From: a virus
Lineage: Duplodnaviria; Caudoviricetes
Direction: 5' to 3' (one strand)
DNA length: 60,600 bases
Virus record (IMG/VR): IMGVR_UViG_3300024428_000003
Coordinates: 1 to 60,600 of that record
The notes below the pieces were generated by a model. It did not search any database, was not told the DNA's origin, and saw nothing but the letters and a program-made list of their open reading frames with translations. Both the position numbers and the translations under genes were made by a program. This document shows positions 30,741 to 38,833 of the stretch, in pieces (positions within the stretch are counted from its first letter, which is position 1; each line of letters starts with the position of its first letter).

Positions 30741-31361
30741 TTACAATTGCTGGTTAAGTAATTCTTTTTCTTTTTTAAGTTCATTACTCATATTGCGGTA
30801 TATAGTCCTTGTTGAACATTTTAAAGCTTTAGCGACTTTAGTAATAGTTATATTTTCGTTTTCGTCATTAATTAGAAGCATGGCATCGTATATTTCGCTT
30901 TCAGATATTTTAGACCTACCAACTAGTTTACCAACTATAGATAGCTTTTGTCGCATATCTAAACCTGTGAAGTCTTTAAATATAACTTTACGTAGTTTAT
31001 TAGGAGGTGGTCTTTCAAGATCCATTAAAGATACATCATAAACCATGCTTTGTAGCAATTGTTCAGAAACCTTGAATGTCACAAAACCCGCTCGCTTATT
31101 ACATACATGCTCAGCAATAGAATTAAAGCTTTCTTGATCCAATTGAGGATTAAGATACCATAACACATACAAATGCCATTTAAGGCTTCTATATGTGGTT
31201 ATTTTAGCACGAGAGTTAAACAGTGTATAGCATTGATGTGTTCCGTCCTTATAGAACCAACCCCAATCAAATGTTTCCGTGGGTTTATCGGTTATAGGAT
31301 TTCTACGATATATTATACGATGCTTATCTAGGTATGTGGTATTTCGGTCGTATTGTGACAT
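30741..31361 (-). CDS. DNA-binding protein with C-terminal HTH (possible replication initiator or regulator)
   Basis: ITITKVAKALKCSTRTIYRNM HTH; a bipartite inverted repeat overlaps its start codon. Confidence 0.7.
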   Translation of the reverse strand: MSQYDRNTTYLDKHRIIYRRNPITDKPTETFDWGWFYKDGTHQCYTLFNSRAKITTYRSLKWHLYVLWYLNPQLDQESFNSIAEHVCNKRAGFVTFKVSEQLLQSMVYDVSLMDLERPPPNKLRKVIFKDFTGLDMRQKLSIVGKLVGRSKISESEIYDAMLLINDENENITITKVAKALKCSTRTIYRNMSNELKKEKELLNQQL

Positions 31362-31399
31362 TAGGTTCTTACTATTAATTATATATTAGCTATCGTCGT
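31355..31399. promoter_or_regulatory. Bipartite inverted-repeat site, copy A
   Basis: GTGACATTAGG-N23-GCTATCGTCGT. Confidence 0.6.
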
Positions 31400-31400
31400 A

Positions 31401-31622
31401 TTAGTAGATTAAAATCTTTAATCTTCTGTTGTACTTCTTTAAAAGCTTTGCTTTATTTTCTACATTACTGTATATAACAGTTATACCTTTATTGAATTGA
31501 AATTCACCTTTAAAGGAAGCGCTAACTATTTCATTGTGCAGGAAGGCTATCCTGTTTTCTAGAAACTTTACGTGCTTTGCTTTTCTTCTGTTCTTTTTGT
31601 ATCTTCGTATTAATGTTCGCAT
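31401..31622 (-). CDS. Hypothetical basic protein
   Basis: 73 aa ORF in operon. Confidence 0.55.
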   Translation of the reverse strand: MRTLIRRYKKNRRKAKHVKFLENRIAFLHNEIVSASFKGEFQFNKGITVIYSNVENKAKLLKKYNRRLKILIY

Positions 31623-32104
31623 AATTCGTTGATGTTATGTGGTCGTATAATTTTTTGCTCATCTTTGTTTTTTACTGTGTGTTTTTCGTTTTCGTAATAA
31701 TTCCAATACCCCAACACACTGTTGCCCAATACTTTATATTGATCGGGCATACATTGCGGTGGTTGCTTAAATTCGTCGTTAGATATATTATTAGGTAATG
31801 TGTATAGCAATTCACGGCATTTAGTTATTGTTAAGTGGTGTTTGCCATAGCGCCTAGTATATTCTTGACCTAAGGCTAGCATGTGCTCGTAAGCCCACAT
31901 ATACGCTTCAGCGGATGATCTTACCCATATAGCTGAAGGGTGATTTTTATGCGTAGCTTTGTAGGGTATATCAATGGTTGAACCAAGCTCGTGATGCGCA
32001 GTACATAATAACTGTGCGGTTTCTAGGATCATTTTAACAACGTGCTTGTTGTATTGATATTGCGCTGCTTTCTTAGGGTCATGAGACAAATAAAAGATAT
32101 TCAT
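31610..32104 (-). CDS. Pyrimidine-dimer DNA glycosylase (DenV-like) family protein
   Basis: MNIFYL...KHVVKMILETAQLL...THKNHPSAIW...EYTRRYGKHH. Confidence 0.8.
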   Translation of the reverse strand: MNIFYLSHDPKKAAQYQYNKHVVKMILETAQLLCTAHHELGSTIDIPYKATHKNHPSAIWVRSSAEAYMWAYEHMLALGQEYTRRYGKHHLTITKCRELLYTLPNNISNDEFKQPPQCMPDQYKVLGNSVLGYWNYYENEKHTVKNKDEQKIIRPHNINELCEH

Positions 32105-32105
32105 A

Positions 32106-32396
32106 TTAAAGTTTATTAAGTTTGTTTTCTAAGATTTTTAATTTGTTATGTACTATAGCCGCTTTTTCGTATTGTTCATTCTGTTCATAAGATGACAATA
32201 GCGTCATAAGCCTAGCTATCTCGGCGAGTATTAACTCTTCTTCACTAACTAGTTTCGCGTTACCAAAGCCGTCTTGTTGCAAATTATTTAGGTCTGTAGT
32301 AAACTGCTGATCCCATTCTTTTTGCTTTTCAATTAAGCCATCTAATACTAATTTAGCAACGCGGACTGCTAGTTTTTCTAATTGTTCATCTGTCAT
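32106..32396 (-). CDS. Small protein with C-terminal UVR (UvrB/C)-like coiled coil
   Basis: EQNEQYEKAAIVHNKLKIL matches the E.YE.AA..RD.I pattern. Confidence 0.65.
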   Translation of the reverse strand: MTDEQLEKLAVRVAKLVLDGLIEKQKEWDQQFTTDLNNLQQDGFGNAKLVSEEELILAEIARLMTLLSSYEQNEQYEKAAIVHNKLKILENKLNKL

Positions 32397-32623
32397 TATA
32401 GATCTATTCTCTCTGCTTTGAAGTTTTTAAATATAAACTTGTTTAGGAATTTACCTTTAGATGAAGATTCAAATAAACCACGCCAGTAAAAAATTGGTAC
32501 ATCGTGGTATTTATATATACTATCATTGTTAAAGTACACTAACATAGTGCTTTCGTTGTTGTTGTATTCTGCACTATATATAGCGCTAGAATCAACCATT
32601 ACTGATTCAAGAGTGTTTGTCAT
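32396..32623 (-). CDS. KTSC-domain protein
   Basis: VDSSAIYSAEY...L.V.F....Y.Y.DVP...L..SSSKGKFLN. Confidence 0.85.
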   Translation of the reverse strand: MTNTLESVMVDSSAIYSAEYNNNESTMLVYFNNDSIYKYHDVPIFYWRGLFESSSKGKFLNKFIFKNFKAERIDL

Positions 32624-32638
32624 ATTATTATTGTTTAT

Positions 32639-32674
32639 TATATTATCAATTGTTCTACGTATTACGTTTGCAAA
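32639..32674 (-). promoter_or_regulatory. Early promoter motif, copy 2
   Basis: Same 36-bp consensus. Confidence 0.8.
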
Positions 32675-33280
32675 TTAATGAAATACTAATCCCACTCTGT
32701 TAGTGGAATTGAACCATCTTGTGGCGTAGAGGTCCACAGATGAAGCATCAGTATAGCCAGCAGATACAAGATCGCTATGACTAGAAAATATTTTGGTATG
32801 TCTGTGTTTTCTTTCATTTATTAAATGTTTTTGTTTACCCGAGTCACTAAATATAATGTCATAATTACTTGGCAATGAAGACTTTAGCATCATATCGATC
32901 ATATTGGTATAACTGTAAAACCGTACGTTCGGATTGTGTATAGCAATCTCTATCCACTTCTTTAGATATTTGGGCGAGTAATAATCACCGCTATCGTGGA
33001 CTCTTACATAATCAGGTTTCTTCTTACGTATTTCAGCGTTCATAGCTTCGACAAAGTCGTCAGTCTTTGTTAACTGATAACGCTTTTCAAACGCCGGTTT
33101 TACGTTAGACCAGATGTAGGCTCCTTTCTTGGCATAACAGAATTTAACACAACTGTCAGCCATGGGGCACGTCAGTTTCCCGCTAGCAGATTTGTAGGCA
33201 GGAATACCGAAGTTGAAAACCCGAAGCCCGAGTTCTTTTGATGTCTTTTTTAATTTAGAGTTTTGAGTAAGTAAATTCAT
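32675..33280 (-). CDS. Gp88-like protein (radical-SAM-like Cys cluster)
   Basis: TCPMADSCVKFCYA, RVHDSGDYY, FYSYT. Confidence 0.75.
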   Translation of the reverse strand: MNLLTQNSKLKKTSKELGLRVFNFGIPAYKSASGKLTCPMADSCVKFCYAKKGAYIWSNVKPAFEKRYQLTKTDDFVEAMNAEIRKKKPDYVRVHDSGDYYSPKYLKKWIEIAIHNPNVRFYSYTNMIDMMLKSSLPSNYDIIFSDSGKQKHLINERKHRHTKIFSSHSDLVSAGYTDASSVDLYATRWFNSTNRVGLVFH

Positions 33281-33282
33281 AG

Positions 33283-33555
33283 TTAATCTAGTAATATCAT
33301 ATAAGCTTCAGTGTTGTTCTTGCGAAACCACGTTAACGCTTTATGAAAGTCATTAATCATTTTTTGGTTTACCGTTTTAGGTGCCATTTCAAATACTCTC
33401 TGGCTACCGATAATAAAATCGTATATCGATAGCTCAAGAGCATTCAAGGGATAACTTGCGTTACTAAATGGATTGGTTACTTCCTCACCTTTATCATATA
33501 TCATACCTTTAAACCATTTAGGTATTTTTTGTTCTTTAATCTTCGTCATCGCCAT
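33283..33555 (-). CDS. Hypothetical early protein
   Basis: 90 aa ORF in operon. Confidence 0.65.
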   Translation of the reverse strand: MAMTKIKEQKIPKWFKGMIYDKGEEVTNPFSNASYPLNALELSIYDFIIGSQRVFEMAPKTVNQKMINDFHKALTWFRKNNTEAYMILLD

Positions 33556-33892
33556 CTATTTTGAATAAGTCTTCAATTTCACTGCAAATGTTTTCTTCAA
33601 GATCATCTGTGTAGTTGAATTCTATGTTAGACACCTCTATTCTGTTATCGTAGTTTAATTCAAAGTCAATATCGTAGTTGTCGGCATTATCGAATTGATA
33701 ACCTCGTATGCCTTCACATACGGCCTCACGTATTTGATCTCGTATTTCTACAGATATTACAGGTTTGTTTACATCAGCGAGCTGTACTTTAGCTTCTTGT
33801 AATTGCTTAGCAAGTGCTGTTTGATCGGTTTCAAATTGTGTTAACGCGGCGGTTAACTCTTTTACTTTTAATTCTAATTGTTCTTTAGTCAT
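33536..33892 (-). CDS. Hypothetical early protein (coiled coil plus acidic C-terminus)
   Basis: 118 aa. Confidence 0.65.
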   Translation of the reverse strand: MTKEQLELKVKELTAALTQFETDQTALAKQLQEAKVQLADVNKPVISVEIRDQIREAVCEGIRGYQFDNADNYDIDFELNYDNRIEVSNIEFNYTDDLEENICSEIEDLFKIDGDDED

Positions 33893-33903
33893 TGGTATAT
33901 ATA

Positions 33904-34116
33904 TTAATTATTAGTTTCTATTATTGTAGCGATATGATTCCATACTTCACGCTCACGCAAAGTTGCAGTGTATAGCGAATACATTTGCTCGCGATCAAGA
34001 CCACCATACAATTCATTCTTTATATCGCTTTTTAATTTATCGATATCGAAATCAAGCATAGTGATCTTAGCGAAAGCTTTGTTGCTTGCACGTTCTTGTA
34101 GTTCAGCACTACTCAT
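33904..34116 (-). CDS. Hypothetical early protein
   Basis: 70 aa ORF. Confidence 0.6.
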   Translation of the reverse strand: MSSAELQERASNKAFAKITMLDFDIDKLKSDIKNELYGGLDREQMYSLYTATLREREVWNHIATIIETNN

Positions 34117-34360
34117 TGTTTATAGGTGTTAAAATATTCTCACCGTATTTAAAATCCCAAGCGGAAACTTTATAGAATTCTAGATGGGTGAATGTATATA
34201 GTGAGCTAACGTCACTAATTTTTAATTCACTATAAAATTGTGTGCTTGAAAGTGCATCAACTATAGAGTCAATAGAAGCTTTGTATTTTTCGTTTTCAGA
34301 GGAATGTAATGCCTCTTTGATCTCGGGCTTTAGCCTTTCATAAATGGTTAATCTACTCAT
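34109..34360 (-). CDS. Hypothetical early protein
   Basis: 83 aa, behind promoter copy 3. Confidence 0.6.
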   Translation of the reverse strand: MSRLTIYERLKPEIKEALHSSENEKYKASIDSIVDALSSTQFYSELKISDVSSLYTFTHLEFYKVSAWDFKYGENILTPINNE

Positions 34361-34381
34361 AATTATTTATTTTTAGTTTAT

Positions 34382-34417
34382 TATATTATCGTTACTCTGT
34401 CGTATTTTGTTTGCAAA
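34382..34417 (-). promoter_or_regulatory. Early promoter motif, copy 3
   Basis: Same consensus; overlaps the 3' end of the upstream ORF. Confidence 0.8.
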
Positions 34418-34601
34418 TATCTTGTACGTTCTCTAAGGCTAGCTTGTAACCGAAGTTCATCGCCATTTGCATTAATAGTATATCCATAGATCCCTGATTC
34501 GCTTTAGCAAATGATTCTAGGTATTCTCTGTTTGCTGGTGTAGCGACGATTCCTCGATCCAGCATTTTCATTTCTTGGTCAATATAGTTTTGTATATCCA
34601 T
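34392..34601 (-). CDS. Hypothetical early protein
   Basis: 69 aa ORF. Confidence 0.6.
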   Translation of the reverse strand: MDIQNYIDQEMKMLDRGIVATPANREYLESFAKANQGSMDILLMQMAMNFGYKLALENVQDICKQNTTE

Positions 34602-34602
34602 G

Positions 34603-35169
34603 TTATATAAAGTTATTTAAGTTTACTACTTCATGCTCGTACACATTATTGTTTTTTCCGTGAGCATAAGGTAATCTCCACTTTTCAATTATTTCAGGGT
34701 ACAATAATTTAGTGATCATGCGGAATTCGAAATCATCAGCGTATAGCATTTCACCGTTTTTATAGTCAGTCATTTCAGTGGTAGCCTTGTCTACTACTTC
34801 AAATTTTTGTTTCCAACACTTTAATAATTGAGATTTAGTTAATGACTTAAGACCAGGGTATTGACTAGTGATCATGTGGTAGTCTTCAATTTCTTTAATC
34901 GTATCGGAACAAAACACACTGAAGTTATCTACTCCAAATAGTTTGCCGTATAGTTCTTTAAATCCATCATACTTACAACGCTTACCGTCTACATAAAAAT
35001 CTAACTCAGTGTCGTTAATATCATGGTGATAAACTGCTTCACTAATGTGATCAAACTTACTAACTACACTATATAAGCTAGCTTTCACTGTGAACATTCC
35101 TTTATCTACTTCATAGTAGCCATTGACGTTGAACCCGATCTCTTCACCGGTCTTTTTAATTTTACTCAT
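34603..35169 (-). CDS. Hypothetical early protein
   Basis: 188 aa ORF. Confidence 0.65.
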   Translation of the reverse strand: MSKIKKTGEEIGFNVNGYYEVDKGMFTVKASLYSVVSKFDHISEAVYHHDINDTELDFYVDGKRCKYDGFKELYGKLFGVDNFSVFCSDTIKEIEDYHMITSQYPGLKSLTKSQLLKCWKQKFEVVDKATTEMTDYKNGEMLYADDFEFRMITKLLYPEIIEKWRLPYAHGKNNNVYEHEVVNLNNFI

Positions 35170-35190
35170 ATCTATTTAATTTAAATTTAG

Positions 35191-35269
35191 TGGAAGTGGA
35201 CAGAATCGAACTGTCTTCCGTAGTAATTCCTTTGCAGGCTTTTTACTACGTCAAAACCATATCACCCCC
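35191..35269 (-). ncRNA. Minimal tmRNA-like RNA (tRNA-like domain only)
   Basis: GGGGGTG-ATATGGTTTTGA-CGTAGTAA-loop-TTACTACG-GAA-GACAG-TTCGATT-CTGTC-CACTTCC-A. G3:U acceptor pair, stemless D-loop, P2 helix, T arm. Confidence 0.8.
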
Positions 35270-35274
35270 GTGTG

Positions 35275-35386
35275 CTACAAGCTAGGGTAATAACTATTGA
35301 GTGTTTTTAGATTCCTGAGTTCATAACGATCCCTCACCAGTTCACTTGCATTATCACTCGCATTACTACTCGATACTAACTTGTAG
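35275..35386 (-). ncRNA. Rod-like structured RNA candidate
   Basis: Nested helices on the minus strand: CTACAAGTTAG/CTAGCTTGTAG, GTAGTAAT/GTTATTAC, GAGTG/CACTC. Confidence 0.45.
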
Positions 35387-35391
35387 TTATT

Positions 35392-35493
35392 TGTAACTAG
35401 TGAGGATTCGAACCTCATACCCGTCGGTAGTCATAGTCATTGTAGGCTCGTGAAAACGTTTACCTACTTCAGTACTAAACCTAACCTAGTCGC
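35392..35493 (-). ncRNA. Atypical tRNA-like RNA (T arm plus acceptor-like stem, no canonical D or anticodon arms)
   Basis: TGAGG-TTCGAAT-CCTCA T arm; GACTAG/CTAGTT stem; internal GTAGG/CCTAC hairpin. Confidence 0.55.
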
Positions 35494-35660
35494 CTCTAGC
35501 TATTCACTTATGTATTAAAGAGTTGCGGGCTGTATACGGCCACCTTTAACCTAATTAAGCTACTCGTCTAGTTTGTTATTGAAAGCGTGATCGGCGTCTA
35601 ATACATTTTCGTCATTAGATATACCGGCCGGTCCACCGATGTTTGCTTCCTTATTACATA

Positions 35661-35696
35661 TATATTATCGATCGGTGATCGTAATACGTTTGCAAT
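35661..35696 (-). promoter_or_regulatory. Early promoter motif, copy 4 (upstream of the ncRNA cluster)
   Basis: Same consensus; followed by ~490 nt without an ORF. Confidence 0.8.
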
Positions 35697-35945
35697 TTAA
35701 CCTCTTTCTGTACCCATATAACCAGGTAGTTGTTCTAGAGGGTCTTCATAGTAGCCCTTCTTTATTTCGAACCACATTTTCTCGATTGCACGGAACATTA
35801 CTTCAGAGTGTATAGCATTATACTCGTCGCCATCTGCTTCGAAGTCCGCTAATTGCCAATCGATACTATCATACATTAATTCCATAGTGACGTCCGCTAC
35901 TCCTTCAGCGATCTCGTCTAGTTGTTTCATCTTGCTCATTACCAT
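35697..35945 (-). CDS. Hypothetical acidic early protein
   Basis: 82 aa, D/E rich. Confidence 0.6.
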   Translation of the reverse strand: MVMSKMKQLDEIAEGVADVTMELMYDSIDWQLADFEADGDEYNAIHSEVMFRAIEKMWFEIKKGYYEDPLEQLPGYMGTERG

Positions 35946-36047
35946 TTGGTTTCTTTGGGCATAGGACCCATAAATTCATAAAATGCTTTGTGATACTTTG
36001 TTATCTTAGCTATCACTAAGTGACTAAATTTTCTTACTTTTTTCATA

Positions 36048-36323
36048 TTATTTACAGTTTTCTTCGTTAAAATCTATTAATCTTCTTATTCGATCGGCAT
36101 GATTGGTTATTAAATCTCTCACATAGTTATAACCATATTTACTCTTTGGCTTATACCAGTGCTTTCTTTGCCTATTTATTTGGTACATTAGCGGTTTTTT
36201 ATGGTAATAGTTATCTTGTTTGGTAGATACTCTTACGTAACCACTAGGGTATGTAGCGCCAATTCTTCCATCACTCAATTTAAAATGTAGAGCTCCATCT
36301 TTAGTTACTTTTATTAATTCCAT
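36048..36323 (-). CDS. Hypothetical early protein
   Basis: 91 aa ORF. Confidence 0.6.
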   Translation of the reverse strand: MELIKVTKDGALHFKLSDGRIGATYPSGYVRVSTKQDNYYHKKPLMYQINRQRKHWYKPKSKYGYNYVRDLITNHADRIRRLIDFNEENCK

Positions 36324-36544
36324 ATTGTAGTATTTTTAGTAAAATAATTTATATTAGGGTTTGCTCCTATACTTTTAGCGACATTTTGACGTAATTGCCA
36401 CTCTCGTTTGCGGTATTCCGGATCGGTACACCACTTACGCCACGCTTTTGACGTTGTATTAGGTTTATACTTCTTCTCGAATGCCTCAACTCGCTTTAGT
36501 TTCTCTGCGATCTTGTCGGCTGGGAAATCTTTAAACTCTGACAT
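36314..36544 (-). CDS. Hypothetical early protein
   Basis: 76 aa ORF. Confidence 0.6.
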   Translation of the reverse strand: MSEFKDFPADKIAEKLKRVEAFEKKYKPNTTSKAWRKWCTDPEYRKREWQLRQNVAKSIGANPNINYFTKNTTIWN

Positions 36545-36722
36545 AGGTAAATCCTTTATAGTTAAACCACTCTGTTATACCGTCTTGATCTTTTTCTTCG
36601 TTATAGATGAAGGCGAATGTGTTAGGTAAGTTACCGATCGTGTATGGTCGATAGTTAATGCCGTTAAGTATGGCGTGTATAGCACCGGTCATACTGTCTT
36701 TCTTAAATTTTATTTTGTTCAT
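36531..36722 (-). CDS. Hypothetical early protein
   Basis: 63 aa, behind promoter copy 5. Confidence 0.6.
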   Translation of the reverse strand: MNKIKFKKDSMTGAIHAILNGINYRPYTIGNLPNTFAFIYNEEKDQDGITEWFNYKGFTYVRV

Positions 36723-36745
36723 AGTATTAGTATTTTAGATTCATA

Positions 36746-36781
36746 TATATTATCGATTAGGTATCGTATTTTGTTTGCAAA
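36746..36781 (-). promoter_or_regulatory. Early promoter motif, copy 5
   Basis: Same consensus. Confidence 0.8.
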
Positions 36782-36782
36782 T

Positions 36783-37022
36783 TTAATTACTATGATAGAA
36801 GGTGTGAATACGGTTGGATCGGTTTTGATCACTCCATAGCTTGGTATGAGAATACTTTCTACCTCTACTACCGGCTCCTTTACCTTTCACTTTGAGTCTT
36901 CTATACTCTTTATCCGTTAAACCACTACATAGATCACCTTGTGTTACTTCTACTCTATGCTTCTTAGCTTTAGCTATTCGGGAGGTTTTTACGTACTCAC
37001 ACGCTTCTTTCATTGTCATCAT
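36783..37022 (-). CDS. Hypothetical basic early protein
   Basis: 79 aa ORF. Confidence 0.6.
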   Translation of the reverse strand: MMTMKEACEYVKTSRIAKAKKHRVEVTQGDLCSGLTDKEYRRLKVKGKGAGSRGRKYSHTKLWSDQNRSNRIHTFYHSN

Positions 37023-37032
37023 AGTATTCGTT

Positions 37033-37278
37033 TTAATTATTATTTATAGTTACTTCAACCCAACCTTTTTCACTGTGGCCGGCATATACTTTTAATCCGT
37101 CTTTAGTTAGTATTTCTTCTAACCGTTCCGCTGCTCGCCAAAGACTTGGTTCCGGCATTTCATCGTGCTCGTCGTCGTACATTACTTCGCCTCTACACTG
37201 GTAGAACACATCGTCTACGTCATTCTCTACTAATTCAAAGTCCCAACCGTTTACGGTTATAGTTTCTGTTAATTCCAT
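37033..37278 (-). CDS. Hypothetical acidic early protein
   Basis: 81 aa ORF. Confidence 0.6.
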   Translation of the reverse strand: MELTETITVNGWDFELVENDVDDVFYQCRGEVMYDDEHDEMPEPSLWRAAERLEEILTKDGLKVYAGHSEKGWVEVTINNN

Positions 37279-37604
37279 AATTACTTAAATTTATTTGCTA
37301 CTTCGTATATTTCTTCTTTATCGTCTTGATCCAAATTGTCTGTTTGATTAGCGTACATTCTTAGTACATAGTGTACAAAGGTACAATCACCGTCGGTAAG
37401 TTTTATATTTCTCATATTACTTGTTATTATTTATTAGCCACATTAACTGTGCATACTCTTCGTACTCTTGTTCGTTGGTAAATTCGTATTCTCTCATTGT
37501 ATATAGTATTTAATTAATAATCATCTTCTTCGTCGAACTCTGCCCATTCCAAGCAAGCACCACATAACTCGTCACTTAAGTAACTCGGTTCTGCACCGCA
37601 ACAA

Positions 37605-37823
37605 TTACTCCACATCGGTACTCGCTATTTGAAAGGTTGATGGAAATTGAGACACCATATAGTTGGCTAAACCTAGCCCGTCGTTTGCTTGTTCCGCTAT
37701 GTATTTAGCGATCCGATCTTGCATTTCGAATAAGTCATCTTGGCAATATTGGTCGCACAAGAAAAATCGGTCACCTCCCATTAGTTCGCAGAGTCTAGTG
37801 ATAAATAGTACATTTTTGGTCAT
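37605..37823 (-). CDS. Hypothetical early protein
   Basis: 72 aa, behind promoter copy 6. Confidence 0.6.
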   Translation of the reverse strand: MTKNVLFITRLCELMGGDRFFLCDQYCQDDLFEMQDRIAKYIAEQANDGLGLANYMVSQFPSTFQIASTDVE

Positions 37824-37846
37824 AATAGTTATATTTTTAATTCATA

Positions 37847-37882
37847 TATATTATCGATCTACCTACGTTTTTTGTTTGCAAA
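37847..37882 (-). promoter_or_regulatory. Early promoter motif, copy 6
   Basis: Same consensus. Confidence 0.8.
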
Positions 37883-37963
37883 AAAGTATATACTTTGTTT
37901 ATTGGTAAAATTAGTAGTACAGGTATTACTCTACCTCTCTTAGTACGAAGTAAAATAAAAACT

Positions 37964-38009
37964 GTGACGTTAGGTTGTTAAGTTAAATATAGTAACACGC
38001 TATTGTCGC
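37964..38009. promoter_or_regulatory. Bipartite inverted-repeat site, copy B
   Basis: GTGACGTTAGG-N24-GCTATTGTCGC. Confidence 0.6.
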
Positions 38010-38253
38010 ATTTTTTGATGAGGTTTAGGTACTCTTTTGCTTCACCGATCGATCACTCTTCACCGTGTATAGCACCACGAAACATTCACGTAGGACGGAG
38101 TCTACTCTTCCGGTGTATAGCAAATATACCCAGGCCAAATGTATAGCATTTTGTTATTTACCCATCAAGGTGGTGTCGGGCACTCATTTTCATGAGGTAG
38201 AATTTTATGGTCATTCACCAACCCGAACACCTCATCCCTGAGGGAAAGTAAAC

Positions 38254-38565
38254 CTATTTTTCAAGGTCTACTCTTTCAATTACCGTTTGTCTAACGTTTG
38301 AAGGCATATCGGTACTTTGTGACCAGTAACCTCGTTTGATCCAACATGGCATGATGTTTAGTTTAGGTAACATTACTTTTAATACCTCATCATGATTATA
38401 GGTAATCTTTTGATTTTTGTTGTTGACAAAGGTAATGATTTGATTTCTACCCATCCAACTTTTACGGACTACGAAGTTCTTTCTTTCGATCGGTGGATAG
38501 ATTGCCAACTTTTCTTCGTTTGATAATTTTGAAATTGTTTGTTGTAATAATTCTTGATTTGTCAT
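38254..38565 (-). CDS. Hypothetical early protein
   Basis: 103 aa, behind tandem promoter copies 7 and 8. Confidence 0.65.
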   Translation of the reverse strand: MTNQELLQQTISKLSNEEKLAIYPPIERKNFVVRKSWMGRNQIITFVNNKNQKITYNHDEVLKVMLPKLNIMPCWIKRGYWSQSTDMPSNVRQTVIERVDLEK

Positions 38566-38608
38566 AATTTATTATATTTAATTGTTTATTAAGTTACTTT
38601 GTTACATT

Positions 38609-38644
38609 TATATTATCGAATACTATTCGTACTTCGTTTGCAAA
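38609..38644 (-). promoter_or_regulatory. Early promoter motif, copy 7
   Basis: Same consensus. Confidence 0.8.
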
Positions 38645-38687
38645 TTTGTTTATTTCTATTTAAGTTTAGTATTATTTTGTATTCATA

Positions 38688-38723
38688 TATATTATCGATA
38701 ACTACACGTACTACGTTTGCAAA
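38688..38723 (-). promoter_or_regulatory. Early promoter motif, copy 8
   Basis: Same consensus, tandem with copy 7. Confidence 0.8.
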
Positions 38724-38833
38724 GTGCTATACAGCGTATGCTATACGCTATACGCGGCGTACCGCGGAGTATACTCTTCCGCTCCTATTTCAAAAGCAGG
38801 CCGTAAGCCGGACCAGATGCCAGAGCCAGGATC

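Noticed and set aside
35191-35493. Canonical tRNA genes
   Set aside because: T arms are present, but there is no D stem or 7-nt anticodon loop in the standard geometry.
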